A stretch of 59,544 nt of DNA, counting the filler, from Catajapyx aquilonaris (lineage: Eukaryota): NCBI GenBank assembly GCA_000934665.2. It is 3 parts of 3 records of this genome, joined end to end, with 100 filler letters (N's around TTAATTAATTAA, not from the genome) between each part and the next. Parts side by side here need not be neighbours in the genome. Positions count along the whole stretch, not along the records: positions 1 to 31,219 come from JYFJ02007897.1; 2 more parts are not named here. One strand, given 5' to 3'. The notes below the pieces were generated by a model. That model had not been told where the DNA came from. It did not search any database and saw only the letters and a list, made by a program, of their open reading frames with translations. This document shows positions 12,552 through 25,081 of the stretch, in pieces (within the stretch, counting starts at the first letter, position 1; each line of letters opens with the position of its first letter). The position numbers and the translations under genes are program-made.

Positions 12552-13238
12552 CAGGGCTATTCATAAGTCTTGACCCTATTTTAAAAATTCACCAAAAATA
12601 CACTACACAACAGATAGTTGTAATTAATATACCAAAGGAGTGAGAGAGGATCTGAGTTTTTTTTACACACATTACAAATGTTCAATGTGTCCTCCTCTGG
12701 AGATGCGGCACACACATAGCCGATACTCCATTTCGCCCCATACGCGAGCAAGCATGTCATGGTCAATCATTGAGAGTTTGTGACAGCCATGGTGATGCAG
12801 TGGCCAAGTTCCTGGATATTTGCAGTGAGTGGAGGCACAAAGACAGTGTCGTTCACAAATCCCAGTAAGAAAAAGTCGCGAGTTAAATCAGGTGACCAGG
12901 GTGGCCACCGCATTAACACATCATCATCGGGACTTGTGCATCCAATCCAACGTCGTGGTAGGTTTTGGTTGAAGTACCATCGCACCTGGGTATGGAAATG
13001 AGGTGGAGCACCATCTTGTTGAAAGAGGTAATCCTCCATGTTCATTTATAATGTATAATTTATCATTTTCTAACTACTGCCTCCTAGTGGCCCAGCAACG
13101 CTACAACACGAGAGGGGTTTGCTGTAAAAAAAACTCGGATCCTTTCTCGCTCTTTTGGTATATTAATTACAACTATCTGTTGTGTAGTGTATTTTTGGTG
13201 AATTTTTAAAATAGGGTCAAGACTTATGAATAGCCCTG
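12552..13238 (-). mobile_element. Internally deleted Tc1/mariner element with long TIRs and a DDD catalytic remnant
   Basis: ~115-bp TIRs, TA TSD; FQQDGAPPHF...RWIG...WPPWSPDLT..DFFL.GFV. Confidence 0.9.
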
Positions 13239-13242
13239 TATA

Positions 13243-13636
13243 CAGGGTGGACAAACTTCAAGTGTCGTTTTATAACGGCTATTAATAGAAGCGCTTTACG
13301 ATTGACGTAGCAGCAACGTGTAAAATGGCCCACTTCGGCGCCATCGAAAATATTAGCTGTGTTTCGTTTGCAGGCTTCCCCCTTGCATTACAGGTCCATG
13401 GCCCATCTGGTGCCTTGGACGTCACCCATTTCACCCAGGCGCATCGCAGGTCATGTGTGTACCTCCTTTTTTCCAGGTCAACCCAGCAGCAGGGTTGATT
13501 ACATGTGTGCTGCTATTGGCAGCTAATACTTTTGATGGTGCCGAAGTGGGACATTTTACACGTCGCTGCTACGTCATTGCAAAATCACTGCTATTAATCG
13601 CCATTATAAAACTACACTTGAAGTTGGTCCACCCTG
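13243..13636. mobile_element. Tc1/mariner foldback MITE
   Basis: CAGGGTGGAC.AACTTCAAGTGT TIR with long arms; abuts the previous element via TATA. Confidence 0.88.
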
Positions 13637-13665
13637 TATAATAAATAAATAAAAGGCACATTTAC

Positions 13666-13901
13666 AGGCTCTTGGTGAGTCCAGAAGCAACATCCCCTCC
13701 TGGCACCATGACTCCCATTGGGGCAACTCCAGCTGTACTCCCCATTTTCCACTGCTCTACCAACTTGTTGTCCATTGATGCACTTCTCAAAAGGCCTGAA
13801 CTCTCACCATTTTCAGCCAGCCTAACTGGATGCACCCGTGATGGACAAAGGCTTGTGGATATGCTTTCTGATGAGCCTAATTCACTGGTGCACATTGACT
13901 C
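13666..13901 (-). CDS. TBC1D1: TBC1D1/4-like internal exon (low-complexity insert within the split PTB)
   Basis: tctttttag| acceptor, |gtaaat donor, phase 0 to 2; ESMCTSELGSS...LRSASMD...GLTKS(L). Confidence 0.75.
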
Positions 13902-14299
13902 CTAAAAAGAGTTTATTGTAACAATCATTGCAGAAGTGGAGGGTACATAAGGTTAGATGAGGAAAGTGAACATCACTTTTAAAATGGTTCAGTTGTATGC
14001 ATCTAGCAATGGCCAGAATGTATGAACATGTCAAGTTTTGACAGCATGTACAGGGTTGTTTCACCTCTATGGCAGCAAATTTTAGAATTACCATCAACGA
14101 TGCTGTTCTATGTGATACCTCTGTATTCGGACTATCGCCCAACATCGAAGCTTCCATTCCATGAGACTTCTTTGCAGAGCAGGAAGGTCCATTTTGTCCC
14201 CTCCACCAGAAAGACTTTCCAAATGCTTTCAAGAGACTGGGGAGGTCTCCTGGCGAGGGCCCTTTTTAGCAGACTAAACCGTAGAAATCCATGTCACAG

Positions 14300-15083
14300 G
14301 TATTGGGAGATTTGACAGGGATGTTAGTATGCAATGTTTCCCTGTTTCAATCTCTATACATCTCATGTAGGCCACCGTCAATTGAGACGTATGACTTGAT
14401 GCATCAACACCTTTGAAGTGTCCCAGCCACACAGCCGAGGGATATCATGTCGATGCAATGGTGCCAGTACGTTCCTCTGATTGTAAGCAGAACTTACAAT
14501 GGCCTTTTATCCAACTGTGTGCAGTGACCTTGCCTTTGTGGCAGTATCCCACCAGCCGCGACTACCACGAAACTACAAGCTTCACGTTCTTTGCACTGGT
14601 GCACACAATCTGAATGGGCTTTGGCTGTGTTGCGGTAGCAAATAGCCCATACCTTGCTGCAGTCAGCTAGGTACACCCTTGCTTCATCCAGTGAAACGAC
14701 ATGCTTCATCTTTCACCAGCTAAATGTCTCTCGTACAGCATTCTACAGTTGGTCTTGCGCTCTGCAATGTGGCTCGGTTTCAGAGCATGAACTTCGGGTT
14801 TGTGATCTACTTCCAAGTTCAGGTCTTGCGATGAAAAGTTGATGGGGACACTCCCACACATGCTGTGATGTGCCCTTTGGTCTTTGGGTTCTCCTTTGTT
14901 ACCATTACCTTCACTTTCTTCGTCACCTCCAGTGTTCGGTGCAGTGTGGGGTGTCCCTTCCAGCCGTGTCCGGAGATACCAACGACAGATGATGTGGGGC
15001 TTTTGTTGTGATTCAACACTGCATTGATACCTTTGTCTGACATGGTAAAATCTTTTAGCTGACACTGCTTCCCGATCTGACTG
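14300..15083 (-). pseudogene. Degraded Tc1/mariner-superfamily transposase relic; left limit approximate
   Basis: TA|CAGTCAG terminus; fragments KENP..QR (HTH region) and VVSLDEARVYL (first catalytic D). Confidence 0.55.
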
Positions 15084-15085
15084 TA

Positions 15086-15475
15086 CAGTACAGCTCATAA
15101 AGAATGGTATGACTCTATGGACAAAATGTTTATTCTGTTCCCAACCCCTGGGTCACCAGCATGTTTTTAGGGGTCATGAGGAAGGCTGGGAAAAGGCAAT
15201 TAAAATCAAGAAAAAAAGAGAAGAAAAAAACAAGGCAGAGTAAGAAAATTTAAGGGGGGAAATTCATCTCAAATATATGTAAGCATTATACCAGGTTGAA
15301 CATTTTGGTAAAAAAAAAAAATTCGGAAAAAGTCGGGAGGGGGTCATATGGGTTCGCCAGAGATCTAGGACAAGTTGTCCATAGTGTTGCGACGAAATCA
15401 GGTTGGGAATAATGCTGGAGAGTCATAATAAACACGTCGTCCATAGAGTCATACCATTCTTTATGAGCGGGACTG
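15086..15475. mobile_element. Tc1-type MITE (second copy 36998-37384, opposite orientation)
   Basis: TIR CAGT.C.GCTCATAAAGAATGGTATGACTCTATGGAC, TA TSD. Confidence 0.9.
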
Positions 15476-15655
15476 TACATATATTCCATGTTGGAAAAAG
15501 CAACCATGTATCATTCCCAAAAAGGAGCTACTTATGGAGGCATGCCGCACTGTACAGCTTTCTTGCACATGGTGCAGATGTGTCCTGGTCTGAGCTTTTC
15601 ACCAAGGCCCATTTCACCCAGGAATCTCGCCCATGGTACTTCTCCACTGCCATTT

Positions 15656-15973
15656 GGTTGGTTGGTTGGTAGGAAGGGTTACCCAGCTTGTATGGCTCTT
15701 TCTGAGTCGAGCCTTGGCAGCCGGGGGTAGGAGAGGAAGGTGTGGGATTGCAAGGTAGGGGGTGGGTTAGAAGGGTGGGGGAGAGGAGGGCTGGCCCCGG
15801 CTGTACTGCAATGCCGGGTCCAACCCAGGGACGGGGGTGGGATATTCTCCCAAGCACCCCATCCGACCAAGAAATGCGAGTTAGGTCCAAGGACCGCTCG
15901 AGTAGGAGAGTACCGTCGCTGGCGAACCAGCCGGGATCTCCATTAGGATATTCTCCCAATGTATGTGTATATA
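15656..15973 (-). mobile_element. 5'-truncated retroposon with (CCAA)n tail
   Basis: Perfect 18-bp TSD ACTTCTCCACTGCCATTT at 15638 and 15974. Confidence 0.75.
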
Positions 15974-17176
15974 ACTTCTCCACTGCCATTTAAACTTTGC
16001 TACCATAAATGTGAAACAGCTACCCTGTATTGTCATTATTATTTTCCAATAAATTAGTAAAAATGAAATACAGAGAGAGACTGTCAAAACTTTGAGTACA
16101 CTGATATAACCCAGCATGTGTTCACAGGAATCATTGACAGTTGTAGGATAAGTTGTAAGGGAGGCATGCCTTTTTTGATCCAGAAGAAAATGCACCAATC
16201 TATACTGCACACATTTTAAGGATGCATGGCGTGACACAGAAATTTTAAAAATCAGTGACACATTTTGGCTGTTAAATAATTTAATATCCGAAATATATCA
16301 CATATTTTTTAATTTTCTATGTCAAGCCATGCACACCATCACAACACATGGATGTACATTTTTGAAGGGCGTCATTATCGTGATGAAATAGAAAAATGCA
16401 AAATTTCGACACCTAACTTCACGATTTATTTTCACTACTTTGCTTCGTAATTTTTCGTAATTAAGTAACTCGAATCCAGGTAGCTACATTGCAGAGCACT
16501 CCAAAAAAATTTCATGACGTTACTGGAATTAGCAAGAGCACAAAGACTTGAAATAAAATGTCAACTGGTACCACTTCTTATGGAAATCTGCATCCTATAA
16601 CTGAGGTTTCCTATATCCAAATACCAGTGGTGGGCAGGGTTCCGCTAATCTGCTAACTGCTAATTAGCAAAGCTAACTTTTTTGTTAGCTGATTAGTGTT
16701 TTCGGTAACTTTGTAGACTGTTAGTGGACCACTAACTCGTTCGTCTTTACAATGATTTGTTTTTTAAATTATCATTTATAATGTAATATCATGTAAAACA
16801 TATTTTGTCGTTTTTTTTGTTCTTTTTGTTCAGGTCCTTAACTTCGTAAAGTTCTCTGCTGCTGACTTTCATGGATTTTCTTTTGGACACCCATAATTTC
16901 GAACTGTAGGGTACCCTAAAAGGACTTGAACATAGGTCCAAACAGTAAATAATATCTGTGGACTGACTTTGCGACAAGTTGATGCTGTCACAAAGTCACC
17001 CTGCAAAAGTACGAAATTCATCAAACACCCTCGAATCTTCTACAAATTAAGTTCAATCTTGCATCATGTTATATAATTTTTTAGCCAATTACTCTCATCG
17101 CAATTATGCCGGTCGCTTTTAGGGAAAGTAATCAGATGAAGTGCCAACAAGCCTCGCAGTTTGCAAACTTGGAATA

Positions 17177-18047
17177 CAGGTAAAATCTCGTTTTAGCGAA
17201 TACCAATACAACGAAATTTCAGTAGAACGCCATAAAAATTAAAATTTTGGTTGGCCAGCCGTAAGAGCAATGTATTTGTAATCCCGTTATGACGAATTGC
17301 GTTACTACGAAATTTTCAGTACAACGATTACGAAAGGTGGTTCCCCGGCTAGCATTGAACCCGATATAATGAAATATGCACTAGTGCTCCAGCACTGTCT
17401 AGCGATAAGCGAGTGTGTGGTCGTGCGTAACACCGTCAACAATCGTGAAATGTTGGGGTAAAAGTTGCATCAAGGGGTCGGCAGTGTCTGCTTTGGGGAG
17501 TGACCAGGACGCCGAAGACTCAGATGACCCTGACGACCTGTCTGTGTGGAGGTCCGTTGCTGAAAGCACCGGAGTGCCGGATGAAGTTACCTTCCACGAT
17601 TTTGTAGCGGCAGATGACGACGCCAGGAGTTGACAGATTCGGACATACTTGCGGGGGAAATCCACCCGGGGTTCCCACCTTTATCCGTGCAGAGTTGGGC
17701 CATCTCTGGCTTCATTTCGGGTGGCAATTTCCGACAGACTAAGCCACCCGGGGGAGTTCACAAAATGACCAAGCAACGACATTGCACTTGCACTTTGCAC
17801 ATCCCCTCCTATTCATTCCCCCTTCGCTCGCGGTACCCGGGCGTTACAGAAAAGGACCACTTGTAAAAGCTTGTACATCTTAAGCAAATAAAGGTACCGT
17901 GCCAGATGCCCAATTAGGGCGGTGCACTAACCCCCGATTTTACTTGCGGGGGAAATAAAAATAACCAGTCTCGATTTAACGAAATTCCGTTATTACGAAA
18001 AGATTTGGCCGGGCCCCGGGGGCTTCGTTGTAACGAGATTTTACCTG
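17177..18047 (+). mobile_element. pogo/Tigger derivative nested in the hAT element
   Basis: TA|CAGGTAAAATCTCGTT TIR; remnant WSCVTPSTIVKCW...VTFHDFVAADDD typical of Tigger C-termini. Confidence 0.85.
17662..17940 (+). mobile_element. 5'-truncated SINE, family B
   Basis: 16-bp TSD TACTTGCGGGGGAAAT; body matches the copy at 49937-50330. Confidence 0.85.
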
Positions 18048-19246
18048 TATTACCCCCAACAATGTGCGAGGTGTGGCAGCTTTTCCAGCTGTCTGCCAGG
18101 TCGCATCACATTCGCAGCCATCTACTGGCACTGGTTCCAGTCCAAAACTTAAAATAATAGTGGTGAGAGAATTGAAAAACTGATTTGTTATGGTGGGCTG
18201 CTTTTGTTACAAATAAACGTTATTGCGTTTTGTATATGTTTACTTTTTGTCCGGAACAGTAAATAACTAAATAAGGCATACTGTGTACCAGTGCTCTCTA
18301 GGCTCTAGCACTCTCGGTCTGTTTTAATTTTTTAGAAGGGTTGTCGAGCCAAAAAAATGCTAAATTCCTATAATAAAAGTTGACGTTAGCTTCTGCTAAT
18401 CTTTCTGCTGTTTAGCGTTGGTGATTTAGCGAAGTCAATGGTTTTAGTTAGCAGATTAGTGGTTAGCCGTGCCCACCACTTCCATATACAGAGGCCATAT
18501 GTGAAGATATGAAGAGAGTTGGCTATAACTGAGGGTTGCTTATAGCCGAGGCTCTTACATCGGGAGTCGACATAATCAAACTAAATCAAATGAAAGGAAA
18601 GGAAATGAAGTGTCCGTGAAGGCTTGTTTCTGCAGTGGAAAACCTTGCACGCTGTGTTCACATTCAATGTACATGGTGTTCCAAGTTCGTGGGTCATTTT
18701 TATTAATCACTAATATCGTCTAAGTAGTTATTTTTGTGTAGCTTGTTGTGCCCCAATCCAGGTGCCTCAGTACTATCAGGTGGTTGAGTGTAGCAGTGGC
18801 TATAGAATAGGGCACCTGGTCAGGGGTGCAACAAGCTAAAAAAAAAAAAAAACTTTTTTTTAAAACTACTATCTTGGAACACCCTGTATAATGGCTCTAT
18901 CTTCAAAATTAGGCCATGACAATTTTCCCATTTGGAACTTCCAGTCACTTACGTCAATATATTTAAATGATTTATTAAATTTATCAACATCAGATGTGCT
19001 CTTCCCCCCTGTACACATTTGCCTGGGAAAAGTGGACACCTCCTTCCAATTTAGACAGGTACTCATTTATATGACTTATTGGTGTGTAATGCTCTTCATT
19101 GCCATCACATTTGTGTAATATTGGCTAATATTTTATAATTGTGTTGCAGTGATGGCAAGCAGTCCTCTCACATGTAAGAGTGAGTTCCTAGATTTAGGCC
19201 CTCTTGTGTTGCAGTTCAAGTGCATGGTAGTGCATAGTAGAAGCTA

Positions 19247-19405
19247 CAGTGTTGGACATTAATCAAGGCATATTGCTAGCGACATTTTCCGAAGCGGCAG
19301 AAGGAATCCAAGATAAGGATACTGCAAGCTGGTCGAGCAAGATTTGTTCTTCTGCTGCTTCGGAAAATGTTGCTGGCAGTATGCCTCGATTAATGTCCAA
19401 CACTG
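19247..19405. mobile_element. Tc1-type hairpin MITE
   Basis: CAGTGTTGGACATTAATC TIR, TA TSD. Confidence 0.87.
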
Positions 19406-19515
19406 TACAGCAGGTGACATAGAAATATGCTAACACATTTAAAGAAATAAAATATGTGCACTTACCCCATCAAACCTTATTTCTCTATGCATGTACGTAA
19501 TGCACTGTAATTTAC

Positions 19516-19806
19516 CTGTGATCCCTGAATGCCTGGTGCTGCCTGGTGATCTGCTGCCTGGTGATCTTCTGCCTGTTGCAGGGGATGATAAGGGGCACAT
19601 GGAGGTGATGGAGCAGTAACTTGAATAGCCTGGGAATGAGTGTGTGGGGCACTTCCATTGACATTTAGTGGCTGCGACGGCTGCTGCTGGTGCATCAATT
19701 TCTTCTTCTTTTCTTGTTCATGTACACGAAATCTTTCTAGGGCTTCATCTATGAATGAATTGGGTGCCCTCTTGCAGGGAACCTTGATTTTCCCTATATA
19801 CAACAC
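19516..19806 (-). CDS. TBC1D1: TBC1D1/4-like internal exon (start of PTB)
   Basis: ttcccag| acceptor, CAG|gtaaat donor, phase 0 to 0; (FFE)VLYIGKIKVPCKRAPNSFIDEALERF is the PTB N-terminal strand and helix of this family. Confidence 0.9.
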
Positions 19807-20677
19807 CTGGGAATAGGAAGTAACATTTATTGTAACAGGTATTCAAGAGTGCATGTGTGCAAGAGTTGAAGGCAATGTCATGCACTTAACAAGGATGTAT
19901 ATACAAGGGCGAATCAAATGAAGCCCATTCCTGGCGTCTGGAGAGGACACTAAACTCAGAGACTTGAAACTCCTACCACACCAAGATAGTACCAATACCT
20001 TCTAAATGCATAGGTAAGAGCCCTTTTCGAGAATATGCCAGTTGGAGATACTACACTACAGGGTCATGCTAGGCAGTTGGAGTCTTGATTACGGCATCAG
20101 CCATGGGTCATAGAACAGTTTAGCATGATAAAAGTCGATATTTCATTTATGGCACTTAAACCCTTGTGCATGTCCACTCTTCAATTACTGTACAGAGGCA
20201 AAATGGGGCACGGTTGTCCACAAAGAGGTTCAACACTGGTCCATGGACCAGTGTTCCCCAGAGGTAAGCAACTGAGATGATGTTATGAATCGTAGATTCC
20301 ATTGCAAATGACACTTTCCAAATTTCCAGCATTTATGGACAAACGACGACACTATTCAACAACATTTTTACATCAAGATCATGCCCAGCATCTAGGCCTG
20401 GCATGGCATTTAAACTGTGAGTTAGAAGTAACTTCACTACCCTTCAAGTAGCTTTCCCCTGATACAGCAGGATCGCAGGCATCTCACAGGTGGCTGTCAT
20501 GCTGGCAGGATGCACAATAGTGACTTGTTTCACGAGGTACCAGATGAAGATGTTATTCCAGTTTCTCATATTTTTAAAATAGAAAGGACCATCGTGCGTC
20601 ATGGACCACTGTGCCCCGCTCTCCCCTACTATCATAACAATTTTATGATTATCACATTCCCATTGGCAAGGACTCAC

Positions 20678-20869
20678 CTCAAAGAATTGTGAAGAGCCAA
20701 GCATAACATCTGGACCAAGAGATGCCAGGCTTAAGGGAACAGGCACTCCTGATGAACTTGGGACAGGCACTGTAACCATTCCTGGTGCCGATGCAGCACC
20801 CCGAATGGTAGAACCAGACATGGGAGATTCTTTCATGTGTTCCCTCATTGATGCAAACAACTCCACTAC
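20678..20869 (-). CDS. TBC1D1: TBC1D1/4-like exon
   Basis: tttcacttcag| acceptor, GAG|gtgagt donor, 64 codons; VVELFASMRE...SSQFFE joins in frame to VLYIGK. Confidence 0.87.
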
Positions 20870-21877
20870 CTGAAGTGAAATACCACCATTAAACTGACTT
20901 AGAATCTTTACATACAACTCTGGGAATGGTAGGCCTATATGTGACTGTAGGCTTGATAAAGCAACAAATTCCATTTATAAATGCTGCATAGTAATTGCTA
21001 AAGTCATATCTAATAAAATTATGCAACAATTGCAAGAACTGCTGTTTATTATCATTTCAATAAGAGTGCTGGGGCCCTAGCTGTCAACTGGTTGACCTTG
21101 AGAGGAGGCATAAAAGCAGCATGAAGTTTCCAACTACATTTATAAATGTAAGACCTTGACCTAGCACATAAAAATGAGCCTGATTCATATATCACATTTC
21201 ACAGGATACACCTCCCTGACTACAGATCTGTTACATACAGACTGTTCTGTCACACGTTTGCATACAATATCGTGCATTTTTAGAATACATCACAAGGACT
21301 CCAGACAGGATGTTACATGGTTCTCATTGCATTGTGTGTAGATAAATCCCACCTTAGAAATAAAACATGGAAGACCTCCCATATAATAATTCCAGAAACA
21401 CATTAACCATTAACTTGAAATTTGGGGTCCTTTTTGGACCCCAGGGTATACTTGTCACCACCCTGAAGCAAGTTTTTGTCAAAATTAAAAATCCCACACC
21501 TGTATTCCTCAAATATACTCTTTCATACCTGAAAAAAAAAGTATGCGCAATGAAAAAACAATGCAAGCCAGTTAACGTCATTGAAACGCTCACTGCTATC
21601 AGTTTATTTAATCTAGACCCCTGTGTTTGACTCGTAACAACTCCCAGGCAAATTATTCAAAAAAATTAAGTTACATATTGTTCTATAGTGTCTATCTAAT
21701 GATATATTTGAAACATTGAGATCGCCATTTCTGTAATCATAATTAAGTTAATTGCACACCTGTTATCTCGGCCGTTTCTAATCCGAATTACTTTGCGAAT
21801 GCATCGACAGCAAGCCAGAAATGTGCGTGATAAAATTACACCGTGCTCTATTATACCAAAATTTTTAAAGCATTTAA

Positions 21878-22160
21878 CCTTGGAACCGTGCCGTGCCTGA
21901 AAGTTACGGCAACCGTGCCGTGAGGTCTTTTCGGACCCCATCCATATTTTAATTTTTATTAATTTTTATATAATACTTTTCAGTGTATTCATTATATACA
22001 ATCATTCTTTGAACAATGCCTAAAATGTTCGCTAATTCAAAATAAACATGCACTTCCTGTTATATACTGTACAAAAATTGGCAAAAGTTCATTGTAATTA
22101 TCATTTTAATGCATTTTAATTTCTTGGGGTCCAAAAAGACCCCACGGCACGGTTCCAGGG
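21878..22160. mobile_element. piggyBac-type MITE
   Basis: TTAA|CC.TGGAACCGTGCCGTG TIR, TTAA TSD. Confidence 0.85.
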
Positions 22161-22261
22161 TTAAATGTATCGCCGTGTATTCCCGCCAGAAAACGGGCTG
22201 GGAACACCGCCTATAAAACTTAAAACTTAATCAACCAATTCGTTTAAAATATTTAGTGTAA

Positions 22262-22779
22262 GGGGCCGTCCATAAATCACGTGATGCTGCTGGGGGGGGG
22301 GTTATGCATCAGAGTCACCCATGCACTTGGTATTGCCAGTCTTTACCAANGGTGTCTGAGCATATATCACGTGACATTTATACATGGTGAAAATGGAGCC
22401 AGGGCGCACTTCCTTTTGGTTCTACCTGGTTCTACTTGTAGTTCCTTTAATACGTGAAACATTTAAAAAGGCGATTTCACTCTAGCAAGAGCTCTTGACT
22501 CTAGTTGATTTTTTTCGCTTTCGGCTACAAGACTGAGATAATCAAATTTAATTATTAAAATTCAATGCCAGCACTTGCGTCTTAGTATTCGTCTCTTTTA
22601 ATATACCGCCGTTTATATGTCTTGCAATATAGCATTGTCAAGTACGAATGCAGTCTGAATAGGAACAAAAAAATATCACGTGACAAAGGGCCGGGGAGGG
22701 GGACTCAAATGTCACGGTGGGTCACATGGGGGGAGCGAAAATGGCCCAAAAAAGTGTCACGTGATTTATGGACGGTCCC
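22262..22779. mobile_element. PIF/Harbinger-type MITE
   Basis: GGG.CCGTCCATAAATCACGTGA TIR. Confidence 0.8.
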
Positions 22780-24085
22780 TATAATAGAGCACGGTGTAAT
22801 TTTATCACGCACATTTATGGCTTGCCGTCGATACCTTCGCAAAGTAATTCGGGTGATATAAACGGCCGAGATAACTGAGGTGTGCAATTAACTTAATTAT
22901 GATTACACAAATGGCGATTTCTAAGTTTCAAATAATATGTCATTAGATAGACAAAGATTTGCACTATCCAGGGTTCACTGGGGGATTTTTTTGGCCTCCG
23001 GGAAGTGTCAGAAAAAAATTCACTTTGTAACGTCGGCAACTACTCAAAAAATGACACCTTTCCGCCTTCTTTTTGCGATAAAAAATTAGAGACTGACGAT
23101 AGGACAACAACTCGCATATATGTAACGTGGATTTAAACAAGCTTTCGAACGACATGTAACTTTATATTTTTGAATAATTTGCCTGGGAGTTGTTTCGAGT
23201 CAAACACAGGGGTCTATGTTAAATAAACGGATAGTATAGTCGTCTTGTGGTTCAAAAAGGACCCCACGTTTCATGTTAGCGACCAGTTTTTTTCTGACCA
23301 TAATCACCCATAGCAAAATCATGACCTGACATGCATCATCACATAATAGAAAGCAACATGACCCAAGTAGTACATTATTTTAGTGATCAACCCTTCCCGC
23401 AATTGAGAAATACAGAGTATTTATTTCAATCTCCCTATTTTTATGCACATCAAGAACGACCACACGTCAACAATGAACTGCGCCTCATGAGTCAACCAAG
23501 CGTCATAGGAGATCAATTTTTTTTTGTACGTGTCACGTATAATACACACCAAATTTAGGATACCGGTACATAAAAATGGTTACTTTTGCTGTCGATGTAA
23601 GTTTATAATATAAAAACCACGTGGGGTACAAAAAGGATCCCATGGTTGGCATGAGGTTTCCTATTGAGGGTTAATATTAAGAGTAATGTCCATTACAGGT
23701 GGAGTGTGCTGCATATTCTGCAGGTGCATGCCCTGTATTTTCATTCACCACTCCAACAGGTGTTTTGTCTAACAAATAACAATAATTCCAATACACTACC
23801 AATATCATGTCCTACATTCGGAAACAACACGTACTGTAGTGTGTTCCAACTGAAATGCCCCTATAGGGATTAGCGATTTTAAAGTAGCATGCAGCTTATT
23901 ATTAAGCAGTTACTTTTGAACAGTTACTTCCAGTGGTTATAAAACATTAACTGCTATTGAGTTGAATCGACACATTCATTCTGGCCTTGAAATGAAAATG
24001 ACCCACTAGCCCCTGAGGTCAATAGATGTGCCCATTATGCCATCCTGAATCATTTCAAAAGGATGGATCCATTCTACAGCAGCTA

Positions 24086-24535
24086 GAGGCACGTTACACG
24101 GCAGTTTTGTATCGCTTCCCCTTAAACCGCGTTAATTCGGAGAGATTTCGGTATGGAGTTACACGAGAGGCCTTGGGGCACCTTAGTCCACCTCCCCCAC
24201 CCCCTCTGGAGTTGGGAGTGATTGGGAGCAGCGTTGCCTATTTAGTGGTTATGTAGTTTTTTTTTGCGATCCCAGTACAGTAGCTGCAAAGACACAGCTG
24301 GCAACGTATTTTACAGTGCTCTTGAAGGGTCGTCCAGTTACACGGCAGGCTTAACCCGCTTCTAATCCCTTGAAACGATTGTACAAAGTAGTTCATCTTA
24401 AGGCGCTAGCGAACGTCGCGCGTCGCTCCGAGTTTTGAAGCGCTTTAGCACAAGTTACACGACAGCGATGAATCGCTCTACGCGAAGCGGCTCCCTGAAA
24501 AGCGATACTGACAAAGCTGCCGTGTAACATGTCTC
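24086..24535. mobile_element. Harbinger-type MITE
   Basis: TIR G.CA.GTTACACGGCAG.TTTGT at both ends. Confidence 0.7.
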
Positions 24536-24969
24536 ATTGATAACCTCAGAAACCATCTGTTCCAGAGTAACAGCTTAAAAATGCAATAGCTTGTTGCAAA
24601 AAAAAAAAAAAACACCGTTAGCCACTACGTATCGCACTGTATAAATGTCATGCGGAGCCCCTATATATTAGGGTTTCTCGATGGTACATCCTTTGACGAA
24701 ATATTATACACAATAAAAATACTGACGAAATTAAACCAATAATCACGCGAACATGGTTTTTCCATCTGGTAAAAAGTCACCAATGTATGTTTAAAATCTC
24801 ATGTATGCCGATAGGGATAGTAAAAATCACCCGTCCTTTAAAGACACAAAACCGGTTTACTATACACTTACGTAAACACGCGACATGATTGCGATATTGG
24901 CACAATCATTTTATTCTGCTCATCACAAGTACAAGTGATACGAGAATGGTAGTAAATACAGAACTTTAC

Positions 24970-25081
24970 CATATTTATACAGTGTTTTTCGGATTTCTGC
25001 TGACATGCAGATCGATGTAAATGTCTCTTACAGGTGTACAGTACGCCCGTGTCACGCTGCACGCCTTCCGACGCGACGGAT
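24970..25081 (-). other. Candidate 5'UTR/initiator exon of a short TBC1D1-like isoform (ends ATG|gtaaag)
   Basis: ttcttccgtatcag| acceptor; ATG directly before a donor would splice in phase 0 to give MVVELFASMR; no homology support. Confidence 0.3.

Larger units (their letters stand above)
16625..18481. mobile_element. hAT-type non-autonomous element
   Basis: TIR CAGTGGTGGGCA, subterminal GCTAA(C) repeats, 8-bp TSD CCAAATAC/CCATATAC. Confidence 0.85.
21400..23674. mobile_element. Nested cluster of piggyBac-like and unclassified inverted-repeat elements
   Basis: Inverted pairs ~21410-21680/23150-23285 and ~21690-21855/22780-22952; GGG|TTAA end at 23670. Confidence 0.6.
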
